A DNA stretch of 64,000 nt from an uncultured Pseudomonadota bacterium (GCA_963770835.1 CAVYRH010000003.1:320001-384000); one strand, 5' to 3'. Counted from the first letter of the stretch, positions 53,049 through 62,324 are shown. A program made the numbers and translations. Notes: generated from the sequence alone by a model not told the origin.

Positions 53049-53318
53049 ATGAAAAACACTGAAAAAACAACCGTGAAAATAGCGGACTTCAAAGCCCATT
53101 TGAGTGAATACCTGAGGAATGTCCGAAACGGCCATCCCCTTACTTTGGTGGACCGGCATACGCCAGTGGCCCAAGTGGTGCCTTATTCGGACAAGCCGGG
53201 GAGAATGGTGGTCCGCAAGGCGACCCTCCGGCCCGCTCAAATTAAGCTTTCCGCGCCCTTCCATAAGAAAATTGACGTGCTTCGGTATTTATCCGAGGAG
53301 CGCCAAAGTTACCGATGA
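53049..53318 (+). CDS. Type II antitoxin, Phd/YefM family
   Basis: VKIADFKAHLSEYLRNVRNG...TLVDRHTPVAQVVP; overlaps the toxin start (ATGA). Confidence 0.88.
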   Translation: MKNTEKTTVKIADFKAHLSEYLRNVRNGHPLTLVDRHTPVAQVVPYSDKPGRMVVRKATLRPAQIKLSAPFHKKIDVLRYLSEERQSYR

Positions 53319-53737
53319 AGGCCTACCTGGATTCTTCCGTCATACTCCGTATCGTTCTTAAACAACCCAATCCCTACGTTGGATGGAAGGACTTTGAGAC
53401 TCTTGTTGGAAGCCAGTTGGTGGAAGTGGAGTGTCTTAGGACTTTAGACAGGATGCGGGTGACTGAAGGCATACCTGAAGATACGCTTTTGGCCTACCGC
53501 GTCGACCTATTTGAAGTTATGAAGGGCATGGATTTATTCCAACCAACGCCACCCATACTCCGCAGGGCATCCGAAACTTTTCCGGTCGCGATCGGAACCT
53601 TGGATGCCATCCATCTCTCGACGGCCTTATCGTGGATGGATGAACAAAGCGAGGATTTAATTTTTTTGACACATGACAAGGGTTTGGGAAAAGCCGCACT
53701 GGCTTTGGGGTTTAAGGCGGAGGGATTTGAAGGGTGA
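53315..53737 (+). CDS. PIN-domain (VapC) toxin
   Basis: YLDSSVILR, E, TLDAIHLSTA and FLTHD..L..AA. Confidence 0.9.
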   Translation: MKAYLDSSVILRIVLKQPNPYVGWKDFETLVGSQLVEVECLRTLDRMRVTEGIPEDTLLAYRVDLFEVMKGMDLFQPTPPILRRASETFPVAIGTLDAIHLSTALSWMDEQSEDLIFLTHDKGLGKAALALGFKAEGFEG

Positions 53738-53742
53738 TGGAT

Positions 53743-53892
53743 TTGGAGCCGGAGAACCTCTTCGAGGGCCGAGACCTACAAGTGACCACCGACTTCCGTC
53801 AAGTGCTTACCGAAGCTCTAACCAACCACTTGGGGATTTCGGATGTAAGTGGTATTTTCCCAAGCTTCCAACCGGGCATGCCGGTAGGGTTT
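53743..53892 (+). repeat. Diverged direct copy of the DUF1501 gene 3' end (52859-53008)
   Basis: Manual alignment gives 130/150 nt identical; 17 of the 20 differences are synonymous. Confidence 0.92.
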
Positions 53893-53913
53893 AATTCAGC
53901 ATCTGTTTAAGTG

Positions 53914-53991
53914 GGTCCCAGTTGTCCGAAAAGAGTTAAAATAACGAAAATTTAAAGAGTGTGGTCTGGTTCGAGTCCAACCCGGGGACCA
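53914..53991 (+). other. Degenerate tRNA-like remnant (T-arm, acceptor 3' strand, CCA)
   Basis: TGGTTCGAGTCCAACCCGGGGACCA, with partial complement GGTCCCAG at 53914. No credible D or anticodon arm. Confidence 0.45.
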
Positions 53992-54018
53992 ATAAAAACA
54001 GTTTGTTTTGGAATAACG

Positions 54019-54399
54019 ATGAGTAACCAAGATTTTAAAAAAATTGCCCGTGCTATCTGTGAAAAGGCTCTCGGCGCAGAATTGAACCTAGACCAGTTTT
54101 ATAATCAGTGGCCTGAAAGGGCGAATGATTCCATTTTTTTAAAGCTAGTTTTTGAAGATTTGGTAAATGGGATTTCACATACCCCGGGGAAAATATTTAA
54201 AAAAGAAGTTGATTTTGAAGAATGGCGGAACGGCGATTTGGGATATGAAGAAATATTGATTGATTTGGTGCTTTTAGAATTTGATAAAACGGATGATGAA
54301 TTAATCACGGCACGTAAAAAGGTGAAGGAAGAAGGACCAAGTAGCACTTCGAGAAAAATAATCGAAGATCATGTTAGGCATTATTTTCATATGCTTTAA
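54019..54399 (+). CDS. Low-GC hypothetical protein
   Basis: 126-aa acidic helical ORF; 18/60 GC in 54121-54180. Confidence 0.6.
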   Translation: MSNQDFKKIARAICEKALGAELNLDQFYNQWPERANDSIFLKLVFEDLVNGISHTPGKIFKKEVDFEEWRNGDLGYEEILIDLVLLEFDKTDDELITARKKVKEEGPSSTSRKIIEDHVRHYFHML

Positions 54400-54465
54400 T
54401 TTCAGGATCTATGCTCTTTTTAGTTGAAAAATGATGGTTCGCAAATCGTACGGTCTTTATTGCTA

Positions 54466-54715
54466 CTAGGGCCTTTGTTCCTTGGAAGCTTCGATTTGTG
54501 TTGCCGTGTCCCCTTTGAAATAGGTAGTCCCCGCGTGGATGAGACTGCTTTGCAGGTCCAGCCATATCTCCCCGCCCATATCGGTCCAGCGGCAGAAAAA
54601 CCATAATTTCAACGACGGCCCAGCCAAGTGCTCGAAAATCACGGATGCGGTGGTCTTCAAAGGCCCTAGCCGGGGCGGCAGGCCCTTGGGCAGTGGGGCA
54701 AATTCTCCTTGCGAC
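54466..54715 (-). pseudogene. Chimeric relic of two glycosyltransferase 3' ends
   Basis: PLKTTASVIFEHLAGPSLK (compare PLKTAPPVVFEHLTGPPLK of 58517-59875) is joined to FCRWTDMGGEIWLDLQSSLIHAGTTYFKGD (compare 54785-55564). Confidence 0.85.
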
Positions 54716-54784
54716 CTTAAAAACCTCCTGCAGTCGTCTCAATAACGTCCGTTAGGCTATTGAAGTCATCCACCGGAGACCGCC

Positions 54785-55564
54785 TTGCCCACATCCCCAA
54801 CCCACATCATGGTGGCCACGCCCTGCTTTGAAGGCCATATGACCGGCATTTACTCCAATTCTCTTCTGAAGCTCCAGCAGGCGTGTTTTCAGAAGCAAAT
54901 CCCCCTCACCGTCAAGAACATCCTGGGTGACTCATTGATTGTCCGGGCCCGCCAAAACCTAGTGGCCTATTTCATGGAAAACAAGGACGCTACCCACCTG
55001 CTTTTCATCGACGCCGACATCGGCTTTGAGCCGAACCAGGTTTTCAGGCTCCTGGAGTACGGAAAGGACGTGACCGCCGCCGCTTATCCGGTGAAGAACC
55101 TCAATTGGCGCAAGATCGTGGAACAGGTCAAGGCAGGCAACCCGCGCCTCCCCTCGGCCACCCTGGATTACGTGGTGGAATTCGCCGACCCCTCCAATAT
55201 CCGCATCGAAAAGGATTTTGCCCAGGTGAGGGCCGCGGGTACGGGTTTTTTGATGATCCGGCGGGAAGCCATTGAGCGCATGGTTCAACACTATCCTGAT
55301 CTTCAATATTCCAGGGACTTGGTCGCGCAGGACGATCTCAAGGGTTCAAAGTGGCGTTACGCCCTTTTCAACTGCATGGTGGACAAGGAAACCGGGGTGT
55401 TCTTGAGCGAGGATTACAGCTTTTGCCGCCGCTGGACGGACATGGGCGGGGAAATCTGGCTGGACCTCAACAGCGCACTCACCCATGCCGGAACCACCTA
55501 TTTTAAAGGCGACATGGCTTCGATCTTGAGGCCTTCCGACAAGCAGGATGGGAAACCGTCTTGA
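54785..55564 (+). CDS. GT-A fold glycosyltransferase-like protein
   Basis: VATPC, SLIVRARQ, THLLFIDADI, GTGFLMI and LSEDYSFC. Confidence 0.75.
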   Translation: MPTSPTHIMVATPCFEGHMTGIYSNSLLKLQQACFQKQIPLTVKNILGDSLIVRARQNLVAYFMENKDATHLLFIDADIGFEPNQVFRLLEYGKDVTAAAYPVKNLNWRKIVEQVKAGNPRLPSATLDYVVEFADPSNIRIEKDFAQVRAAGTGFLMIRREAIERMVQHYPDLQYSRDLVAQDDLKGSKWRYALFNCMVDKETGVFLSEDYSFCRRWTDMGGEIWLDLNSALTHAGTTYFKGDMASILRPSDKQDGKPS

Positions 55565-56493
55565 ATAGAGAGGTCCAAAAGTCCTTGAAGTGGCTTGCCC
55601 TGAGAAGGCACTTTTCGGCCGTCCGGTTGTTGGCCCTTCCGAAATTCATCAAAAAACACAAGCGCTGGCCGCGGAACCCCGGGTCTTCCCGGGCTACCTT
55701 TGAGGATTATGTTTTTCGCCGGATGACCGGTCCTTTTACGCCTTTCGAGGAAACCTGTGTCGACAAGGAACAGGCGAAATCCAGCGCGACCGCCCTTTCC
55801 CCCGGCCTTTTGACCTCCAAGACCGTTTCGGTCATGCCCATGGCCCCGGATACCACCCTGGAGCAAGTGGGGAAGTTCCTATACCCCTTCATCGGGAAAA
55901 ACCTGGTGGCCAAACCCACCCATACCTCCGGAGGAATCGTCTTTTTAGGAAGCGGGGACCTGAAGGCGATCGTGCAACAAACCTTCGTGATGTACCAATT
56001 CGCCCGGCAGAATTTCTTTTTCAACGAGTATGAAGCCCAGTACATGAGGCTGACACCGAAGATCATCGTGGAGGAAAGCCTGTCTTCGGGGGACACGCCC
56101 GGGAAAACCGGTTCGGGTTACCATCCCCCTCCGGATTTCCGGTTTTATTCCTCGCGGGGCCAGGTGCTTTTCTGCCAGTACGACGAGGGCCGTTTCGTTA
56201 ACCACCGCCAGGCTCTTTTCACTGTTCCTGAACACCGGCACATCCCTATTCCGGATACTTTCCCTTTGCCGGAACCCCTACCCGAAAAGCCCACCCACTG
56301 GGATGAGATGCTTCGAAGGGCCTCGGACCTGTCCAAGCCTTTTGATTTCGTGCGCGTGGATTTGTACGACTTGCCGGATGGGGTCTATTTCAGCGAGTTC
56401 ACTTTTACGCCCAATGCCACGCTTTTTCCCTTTCGCGACGAGGTTTTCAGCCGCAAACTGTTGGAGGATGTGCTGAAGGCAACGGGGAAGTAG
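55561..56493 (+). CDS. TupA-like ATP-grasp protein
   Basis: VDKEQAK, KPTHTSG, PKIIVEE, DFRFY and LSKPFDFVRVDLY...YFSEFTFTP. Confidence 0.85.
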   Translation: MNREVQKSLKWLALRRHFSAVRLLALPKFIKKHKRWPRNPGSSRATFEDYVFRRMTGPFTPFEETCVDKEQAKSSATALSPGLLTSKTVSVMPMAPDTTLEQVGKFLYPFIGKNLVAKPTHTSGGIVFLGSGDLKAIVQQTFVMYQFARQNFFFNEYEAQYMRLTPKIIVEESLSSGDTPGKTGSGYHPPPDFRFYSSRGQVLFCQYDEGRFVNHRQALFTVPEHRHIPIPDTFPLPEPLPEKPTHWDEMLRRASDLSKPFDFVRVDLYDLPDGVYFSEFTFTPNATLFPFRDEVFSRKLLEDVLKATGK

Positions 56494-56515
56494 AAGCAGA
56501 GTATTTGCTTTATCC

Positions 56516-56727
56516 GTCATTGCGAGGAACGAACTTTGTGACAGGCTTGAAGTAGTTGGCCTGAATTCGGCCAACCATGCTTGGGCAAAGGCCCAAGTAC
56601 AACCCCAGTTCATGGGTTGTTTTCGTCTGATAAAAGAACGACAAACCAACTTCAAAAGGCGCATTTATACCCATAAACTGAGGTTGCTTCGTCGCTAACA
56701 CCAACGAAGGACGCTCCTCGCAATGAC
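56516..56727. repeat. Palindromic element bounded by GTCATTGCGAGGA/TCCTCGCAATGAC
   Basis: 13-bp terminal inverted repeats. The minus strand reads GTCATTGCGAGGAGCG...GCGACGAAGCAACCTC, a widespread palindromic repeat type. Confidence 0.65.
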
Positions 56728-56750
56728 AGCGTAAATTTAAACAAGGATCC

Positions 56751-57854
56751 GTGATGGACAACCACCCAAGCCTTAACTTCTCCGGCGGCCCGGGAGCCCT
56801 GCCCCACCAAGTGCTGGTGGAGGCCAGCGAAGCCATCCTTCGGGCGCCCGGGACCAAACAGTCCATCCTGGGGATCAGCCATCGGTCCGATTACTTCAAG
56901 GCCATCCTCCAGGAATCGGAAAAAATATTCCGGGAACTCCTGAGCATTCCTCCCGATTATCACGTCCTCCAGCTCCAGGGCGGCAGCAGCCTGCAATTCT
57001 CCATGATTCCCATGTTGCTCCTGCGCGGGAAAGGGAAGACAGCCGAGTACCTAAAGACGGGATATTGGAGCGCCAAGTCCATTCCGGACGCGCGCCTGGA
57101 AGGGGCGGTTCGGGTGCTTTATGACGGCGAGGGCGGCGGCTATACCCGGCTGCCGGAAGAGGGTGAGCTTAACCATGACCCCCAAGCGGCTTATTTCCAC
57201 TACGTCTCCAATGAAACGGTGGAAGGACTGCAATTCCGTTATCTTCCCGGTTTAAAGCGTGTACCGCGCGTCTGCGACATGTCCTCGGACTTTTTAAGCT
57301 ATCCCTTTGACATCAAGGACTTCAGCATCGTTTACGCCCACGCCCAAAAGAACCTGGGGCCGGCGGGGTTGACCCTGGTGATCCTCAAGGACGAGCTCTT
57401 AAAGGGCGCCCCGGAGCATTTACCCAGCATGCTCGATTACCGAAACCATGCGGAAATGGGATCCATCTACAACACCCCGCCCGTTTTCGCCATTTATGTC
57501 ACCCTGCTGATTGCACGCTGGCTGAGGGACAGTATCGGCGGACTTGAGAAAATGGCGGCCCTGAACGAAAGAAAGGCCCAGGCCCTCTACGGCCTATTGG
57601 ACGAGCATCCCGGATTCTTCCGGGTTCACGGAGCAAAGAAAGACCGGTCCCTGATGAACGTGGTTTTCCGCCTGCCGAGCCCCGAGATGGACCAGGCCTT
57701 CCTGGAAGATGCCTCCGCCGCCGGTTTTTACGGCCTGGAAGGCCACCGGTCCCTGGGGGGCTTAAGGGCTTCCCTCTATAACGCCGTGACGCAAGAGGAC
57801 GTAAACCGGCTTCTGGAGTTCATGAAGGGGTTTCGAAAGCGGCATTCGAAATGA
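56751..57854 (+). CDS. serC: Phosphoserine aminotransferase
   Basis: NFSGGPGALP, ISHRS, LQGGSSLQF, DMSSD, AQKNLGPAG, NTPP and GHRSLGGLRASLYNA. Confidence 0.95.
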   Translation: MMDNHPSLNFSGGPGALPHQVLVEASEAILRAPGTKQSILGISHRSDYFKAILQESEKIFRELLSIPPDYHVLQLQGGSSLQFSMIPMLLLRGKGKTAEYLKTGYWSAKSIPDARLEGAVRVLYDGEGGGYTRLPEEGELNHDPQAAYFHYVSNETVEGLQFRYLPGLKRVPRVCDMSSDFLSYPFDIKDFSIVYAHAQKNLGPAGLTLVILKDELLKGAPEHLPSMLDYRNHAEMGSIYNTPPVFAIYVTLLIARWLRDSIGGLEKMAALNERKAQALYGLLDEHPGFFRVHGAKKDRSLMNVVFRLPSPEMDQAFLEDASAAGFYGLEGHRSLGGLRASLYNAVTQEDVNRLLEFMKGFRKRHSK

Positions 57855-57909
57855 AATAATGATAGGCATTTATTTTCGGAACTATTACTTGACGTATAAA
57901 GATAAAAAA

Positions 57910-58004
57910 CCCCTCGCCCCTTGGGGGAGAGGGTAGGGTGAGGGGTGAATTTTGCTTGTCAAAACCACCCTCATCCCGTCCTTCTTCCCTCGAGGGAGAA
58001 GGGG
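57910..58004. repeat. REP-like palindrome pair
   Basis: CCCTCGCCCCTTGGGGGAGAGGGTAGGGTGAGGGGTG followed by an inverted unit; units are in the opposite order to the other two loci. Confidence 0.85.
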
Positions 58005-58094
58005 AAGCGAACGGCAATAAGCCTTTACCTTGGAAATGTATGTGAGGGGAATAGTTCCGTTTATTTTTACCAAACGACTCTGGGAGAGAAAGCC

Positions 58095-58493
58095 ATGATT
58101 AACGGCGCACACGTTATCGTTTATTCCGAAAAACCCGAGAAGGACCGCGAATTCTTCCAGAACGTTTTGAAGTTTCCTCACATCGATGTCGGCGGGGGCT
58201 GGCTGATATTCGGCTTGCCGCCCTCCGAAGCCGCCTTCCATCCGGGCAAGAACAGCGACCATGAACTCTACCTCATGTGCGATGACGTGAAGGCTTTTAT
58301 GGATGAAATGAAAGAAAAAGAGATCGAATGTTCCCCCGTTCATGAGGAGAGATGGGGTTCGCTTACGACCCTCACGCTTCCAGGCGGGGGCAAAATCGGC
58401 GTCTACCAACCCAAGCATGGGCGCCCGCCGTCCGCCAATACCCTGAAACGCGCCCAAAAGAAAAGCAAGAAAAAGCCAAACCGCAATCGTTAA
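58095..58493 (+). CDS. VOC/glyoxalase family protein
   Basis: GAHVIVYS, DVGGGWLIFGLPP.E.AFHP, EERWG and LPGGG.IG.YQPKH. Confidence 0.85.
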   Translation: MINGAHVIVYSEKPEKDREFFQNVLKFPHIDVGGGWLIFGLPPSEAAFHPGKNSDHELYLMCDDVKAFMDEMKEKEIECSPVHEERWGSLTTLTLPGGGKIGVYQPKHGRPPSANTLKRAQKKSKKKPNRNR

Positions 58494-58516
58494 ATAATCG
58501 GCTGTTGGTCGATAAC

Positions 58517-59875
58517 TTATTTTAAAGGCGGTCCCGTCAAATGTTCGAAAACTACTGGCGGGGCGGTCTTCAGGGGTTCCAGGTTGGGCACCCCGCCCTT
58601 CATCACCCGGGCCAGGTTTTCCGCTTTCCTCGCCTCAATTTGAAAATCCATTTCCTTGCGCGCGAGGCTGGCAAGCCCGGTGGCCTCGGAAGTTATGAGC
58701 GAGTTCTTGCGAAGCCTCCGGAAATAACCGTAGTGGTTGATGTTGGCGACCTTCCCGGCCCAGACCGCGCGGGTTAGGAGTTCAAAGTCCCCGCTGAATT
58801 TAAGCCCCGACGCAAACCCCCCCAGGTGTTTCAGGAAGTCCTTCGAAATGACGCTGCTTGGATAACAGAAGGGAAACCGGAAGGAGGCTTGGGGTGCGGA
58901 ATTCAAGTCCAGGGGATAGCGAACGGCGTGGATGGAGTCATCGAAATACATGAACTCGTGGGTACCAATCCATTCGGCCGCGGTCCTTTCGGCCTCGGAC
59001 AAAAGCAGCTCCAGCCTGTCCACGGAGGACCAATCGTCGGCGTCCTGGAACATGTAACCGTCGAAATCCGTCCGGCCGATAGCCGACTGGAGTATCCGGT
59101 AGGGACCGGAATTCTCGGATGATCGAAGAAGGGTGACCTGGCTGAATCGCCTTACGATTTCAATGGGAGAGACGGGCGAGGCATCGTCCAGCACCGCAAT
59201 GGCGTCCGGGGGCCGGGTTTGGCGCGTGAGGCTGTCCAGGCATTGGTCCAACCATTCCAGGCAGTCATAGTGAGGCACCAGGGCCAGGATCCTGGACTTG
59301 GCTGTCAGTGTGGGTGCGGCGCTTATGGCTTTGGGTTTTTCGGGGCCGGCTGGCGCGGCCAAGTAGGGGATATGAAAACCTTTGGTTTGAGTAATGCGTT
59401 CAAAGGCCCGCAGGTCGAGGCTTCTTTGGTCCCCGAGGGGAAGTTGAAGCAGGGAGGGGTTGGATACCCAGCCGAAGGCTGGATGTACCAGACGGGCCCA
59501 TTGGGTATCCGGCAGGGAAACCGGGGGTATCCAGGGGCGCAAGAAAGGGCCGCTTTGACCCGCTTTTTCCATGTCATCAAGGGGCGGGGGGCAATAGGGG
59601 GCGTTGGCAGGTAAGTAGGCGAAAAAGGGTGTTTGGATATGCTGAGGCAGGTCGTGGCAGAGGCTTTGGACCTCGAGGACTTCGACCCGGTGAAGGATGG
59701 CCGCGACCTTGGCCTGGGCCTTAGGTTTTAGACCGGGAGGGCATGCGATCAATACTTTTGAGGGCGCGGGCTGGTTGTCATAAAGGGCTTGGCCGAGCTT
59801 GGCGGCGAGAAAATCCAGGTTTTCCCCCGCCTCAAAGACAATTGTGGTCTTCAAAAAAGCATCGTCGGACGGCAT
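58517..59875 (-). CDS. GT2 glycosyltransferase
   Basis: LVPHY....L..CL.SL..QT, VLDDAS, N.GPY, FQDADDWS and GDFELL.R. Confidence 0.85.
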   Translation of the reverse strand: MPSDDAFLKTTIVFEAGENLDFLAAKLGQALYDNQPAPSKVLIACPPGLKPKAQAKVAAILHRVEVLEVQSLCHDLPQHIQTPFFAYLPANAPYCPPPLDDMEKAGQSGPFLRPWIPPVSLPDTQWARLVHPAFGWVSNPSLLQLPLGDQRSLDLRAFERITQTKGFHIPYLAAPAGPEKPKAISAAPTLTAKSRILALVPHYDCLEWLDQCLDSLTRQTRPPDAIAVLDDASPVSPIEIVRRFSQVTLLRSSENSGPYRILQSAIGRTDFDGYMFQDADDWSSVDRLELLLSEAERTAAEWIGTHEFMYFDDSIHAVRYPLDLNSAPQASFRFPFCYPSSVISKDFLKHLGGFASGLKFSGDFELLTRAVWAGKVANINHYGYFRRLRKNSLITSEATGLASLARKEMDFQIEARKAENLARVMKGGVPNLEPLKTAPPVVFEHLTGPPLK

Positions 59876-59883
59876 GAGGAAAC

Positions 59884-62079
59884 CTAATTTCTGGAGGTTT
59901 CTTCCGGTCCCCCATCCGGGCGAAGGTCATATAACTGCAGGTTCGCCAGACCCCCCCGGCGGCCCCCAAAGCCCCCGGGTAATCCCGGGCCTCCGGCCTG
60001 GGGCGCGGTCGGCGCCGGAGGCAGGGCGGGTTTCCATAGCGCCGGGTCCACCGGCTTCCCGTGCTCCCTGACCCATTTGGCGATGTCGGCCTGGGTGCCT
60101 CCGCGTCCAAACCCGCCAAAGCCCCCGGCATTGCCCCCGAAGCCCCGGTTGGCAGCCCCACCGGGCCTTGCCTGGTTCTGGTTGGGTTCGTTTAAAAGCA
60201 TATACCGGAACCGCCCCTCTTGCACCATTTGGGCGAATTGGTTGGCGGTGAGGATGGGGTCCCCACCCATGAAACCGCCGATCGCCACCGCGGGTTCGCC
60301 GGTTTGGATGATGATGGGGGCCACCAATTGGCTGTTTTGGGCCACGACCAGATATTGCTCCCCTTGGCGGTGGGCCCTCAGGAAATCCAGGAGTTTGGCG
60401 TTGTTCAGGTTTTGCTCAAAGCCCCGGAACATTCCCTGGCGGGTTCCATTCAACAAATCTGGATTGGCTTCCACGGATTGACCCGATCCCAGGATGGGCG
60501 TCAGGGCCCAAAACAAGGGGCAGAGAAATAGGGAACAAAGCCCAAGGCCTCCGAGAACCTTGAGCCAGGAAATCTTTGGGGATTTGGAACCCAGATAGGA
60601 AAGGCCCCCAATGGAGATAGCCACACCTAAGAGAAGGATGGGCAAGAGCAAGGAACGCCAATCCGGGTACTGAAAAACGATGAAGGATTGCCATGCGGCG
60701 GTTAAAAGAAGACCCAGGGGAAGAAGCCTCTTCCCCTCCTCAAAGTCCAGCCACAAAGCCCGAAGCCCGATGCCCGCAAGTGAAGCTATCGCGGGAACCA
60801 TAAGGACCAGGTAGTAAGGATGCATGGCCCCCCGCATGAAGCTGAACACGGCGGCGTAGGTCAAGAACCAGACCAGCCAAAACACCAAGACTTGATGGGT
60901 GGGTGATAGGGGCCAAGTCCAGGGCGTCCGCCGGGCGGCGGCCCAGAAGCCCAGGAGGGCCAAGGGGAGGAACCAGGTCACCTGGCCCGCCAGGTTTTTA
61001 TCCGCCAGCCTCAACGGACCCGGAGTGCCGTTGCCCATGAAGCCGCCCCCACGGCGGCCTGGGCCCTGCGTGGCAGGCCCGGCCACTGGGTTGGCCGGAC
61101 CCGCCATTGGGCTGGGAGAAGAGGAGGACACGGCTTCCTGCGGAGGAGTGGCTTGGACTGGTGCCGAGCCCATTTGGGTAGGGTTGGCTGCGGGGTTGTT
61201 GGGGAAGCCGGGGCGCTGGGGCCTTCCGCCCCGACCCCTAGCCAAGAGGCGCTGGAAGCCGTTCCAGCCCAGGGAAAGACTGATCATGGAATTGTCCTGG
61301 GTGCTTCCCACAAAGGGCCGCTGTTCCGGGGGCGTCAGGTCCACGGCCAAGGGCCAGGAAAGGGCCACGATTAGGAGGATCAGGGTACCGATGAAAAGGG
61401 CCCAAAGGCGCTTGAACCAGTGGAGCTTAACCCCGGCATGGTAGGCCAGGTAAAAGGCAGGCAGGACCACGAAGGCCGCCATCATTTTAGTGTTGAAACC
61501 CACACCGACCAGTACGAGGGCGAGGTAAAGAAACCGGCGGCTTCCGGTTTCCACCGCATGGATCAGGGCCCAGGCCGCCAGGAGCAATACCAAGACCAGG
61601 CAGGCGTCCGTGTTGTTGTAGCGGTCCACCGCCACGCTGACGGGGGAGAAGGCCATCACCAAGGCCGAGGCCAGGGCAGCCCAGGAACCGAACCGTCGGC
61701 GGACCAGGTGGTAAACCAAAACCAGGGCGCCCAAGCCTTCCAACACCTGGGGAAGGATGAGGCTAAAGCCCCGGTAGCCGAGGAGCTTCGCAAAGGCCGT
61801 TTGAATCCACAGGGAAACCGGGGGTTTGTCCACGGTGACGAAACCAACGGGGTCGAAGGAAACGAAGAAGAAATTGTGCCAATTCATCAGCATGCTGCGG
61901 ACGCAGGCGGCGTAATAGGGGTTGCCGGTGCCGTTTTGGTCGATCCTCCAGAGGCGCATAAAGGCCGCCGCAAGTATAATGACGGCCAGCAAAAGCCATT
62001 CCCTAAGATCCGGATTCGGGACGGTTGCTTTGGCCTTGGCGAAAGTGTCGTCGGAAGGTTGGGGCCCGGTCGTTACCAT
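59884..62079 (-). CDS. GT-C (ArnT/PMT-like, YkcB-type) membrane glycosyltransferase
   Basis: NPYYAA.V.SM..NWHNFFF.SFDP.GFVTVDKPP, GFNTKM and IGGFMGGDP; many TM segments and Gly/Pro-rich loops. Confidence 0.88.
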   Translation of the reverse strand: MVTTGPQPSDDTFAKAKATVPNPDLREWLLLAVIILAAAFMRLWRIDQNGTGNPYYAACVRSMLMNWHNFFFVSFDPVGFVTVDKPPVSLWIQTAFAKLLGYRGFSLILPQVLEGLGALVLVYHLVRRRFGSWAALASALVMAFSPVSVAVDRYNNTDACLVLVLLLAAWALIHAVETGSRRFLYLALVLVGVGFNTKMMAAFVVLPAFYLAYHAGVKLHWFKRLWALFIGTLILLIVALSWPLAVDLTPPEQRPFVGSTQDNSMISLSLGWNGFQRLLARGRGGRPQRPGFPNNPAANPTQMGSAPVQATPPQEAVSSSSPSPMAGPANPVAGPATQGPGRRGGGFMGNGTPGPLRLADKNLAGQVTWFLPLALLGFWAAARRTPWTWPLSPTHQVLVFWLVWFLTYAAVFSFMRGAMHPYYLVLMVPAIASLAGIGLRALWLDFEEGKRLLPLGLLLTAAWQSFIVFQYPDWRSLLLPILLLGVAISIGGLSYLGSKSPKISWLKVLGGLGLCSLFLCPLFWALTPILGSGQSVEANPDLLNGTRQGMFRGFEQNLNNAKLLDFLRAHRQGEQYLVVAQNSQLVAPIIIQTGEPAVAIGGFMGGDPILTANQFAQMVQEGRFRYMLLNEPNQNQARPGGAANRGFGGNAGGFGGFGRGGTQADIAKWVREHGKPVDPALWKPALPPAPTAPQAGGPGLPGGFGGRRGGLANLQLYDLRPDGGPEETSRN

Positions 62080-62154
62080 GACATTGTAGACGCGCTTCTT
62101 GACCTTGCCGGGTCAGTCTGGCTGTTGAATATGTTAAGTTTGACCACGGCATTT

Positions 62155-62244
62155 CACCCTCACCCCGCCCTCTCCCCTCAAGGGAGAGGGGGAAACACCG
62201 CTAAAAACCCTCGCCCCTTGGGGGAGAGGGTAGGGTGAGGGGTG
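62155..62244. repeat. REP-like palindrome pair
   Basis: CACCCTCACCCCGCCCTCTCCCCTCAAGGGAGAGGG...CCCTCGCCCCTTGGGGGAGAGGGTAGGGTGAGGGGTG. Confidence 0.87.
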
Positions 62245-62324
62245 CCTTAATGTCGTCCGACTGAAACTGAGACATTACCGGGGGTTCATTCGTCTGAATT
62301 CAATCCGTTTCGAAAGGTAAAATC

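Noticed and set aside
52859..53892. DGR template/variable repeat pair
   Set aside because: The differences are not adenine-specific and are mostly synonymous; there is no reverse transcriptase in the window.
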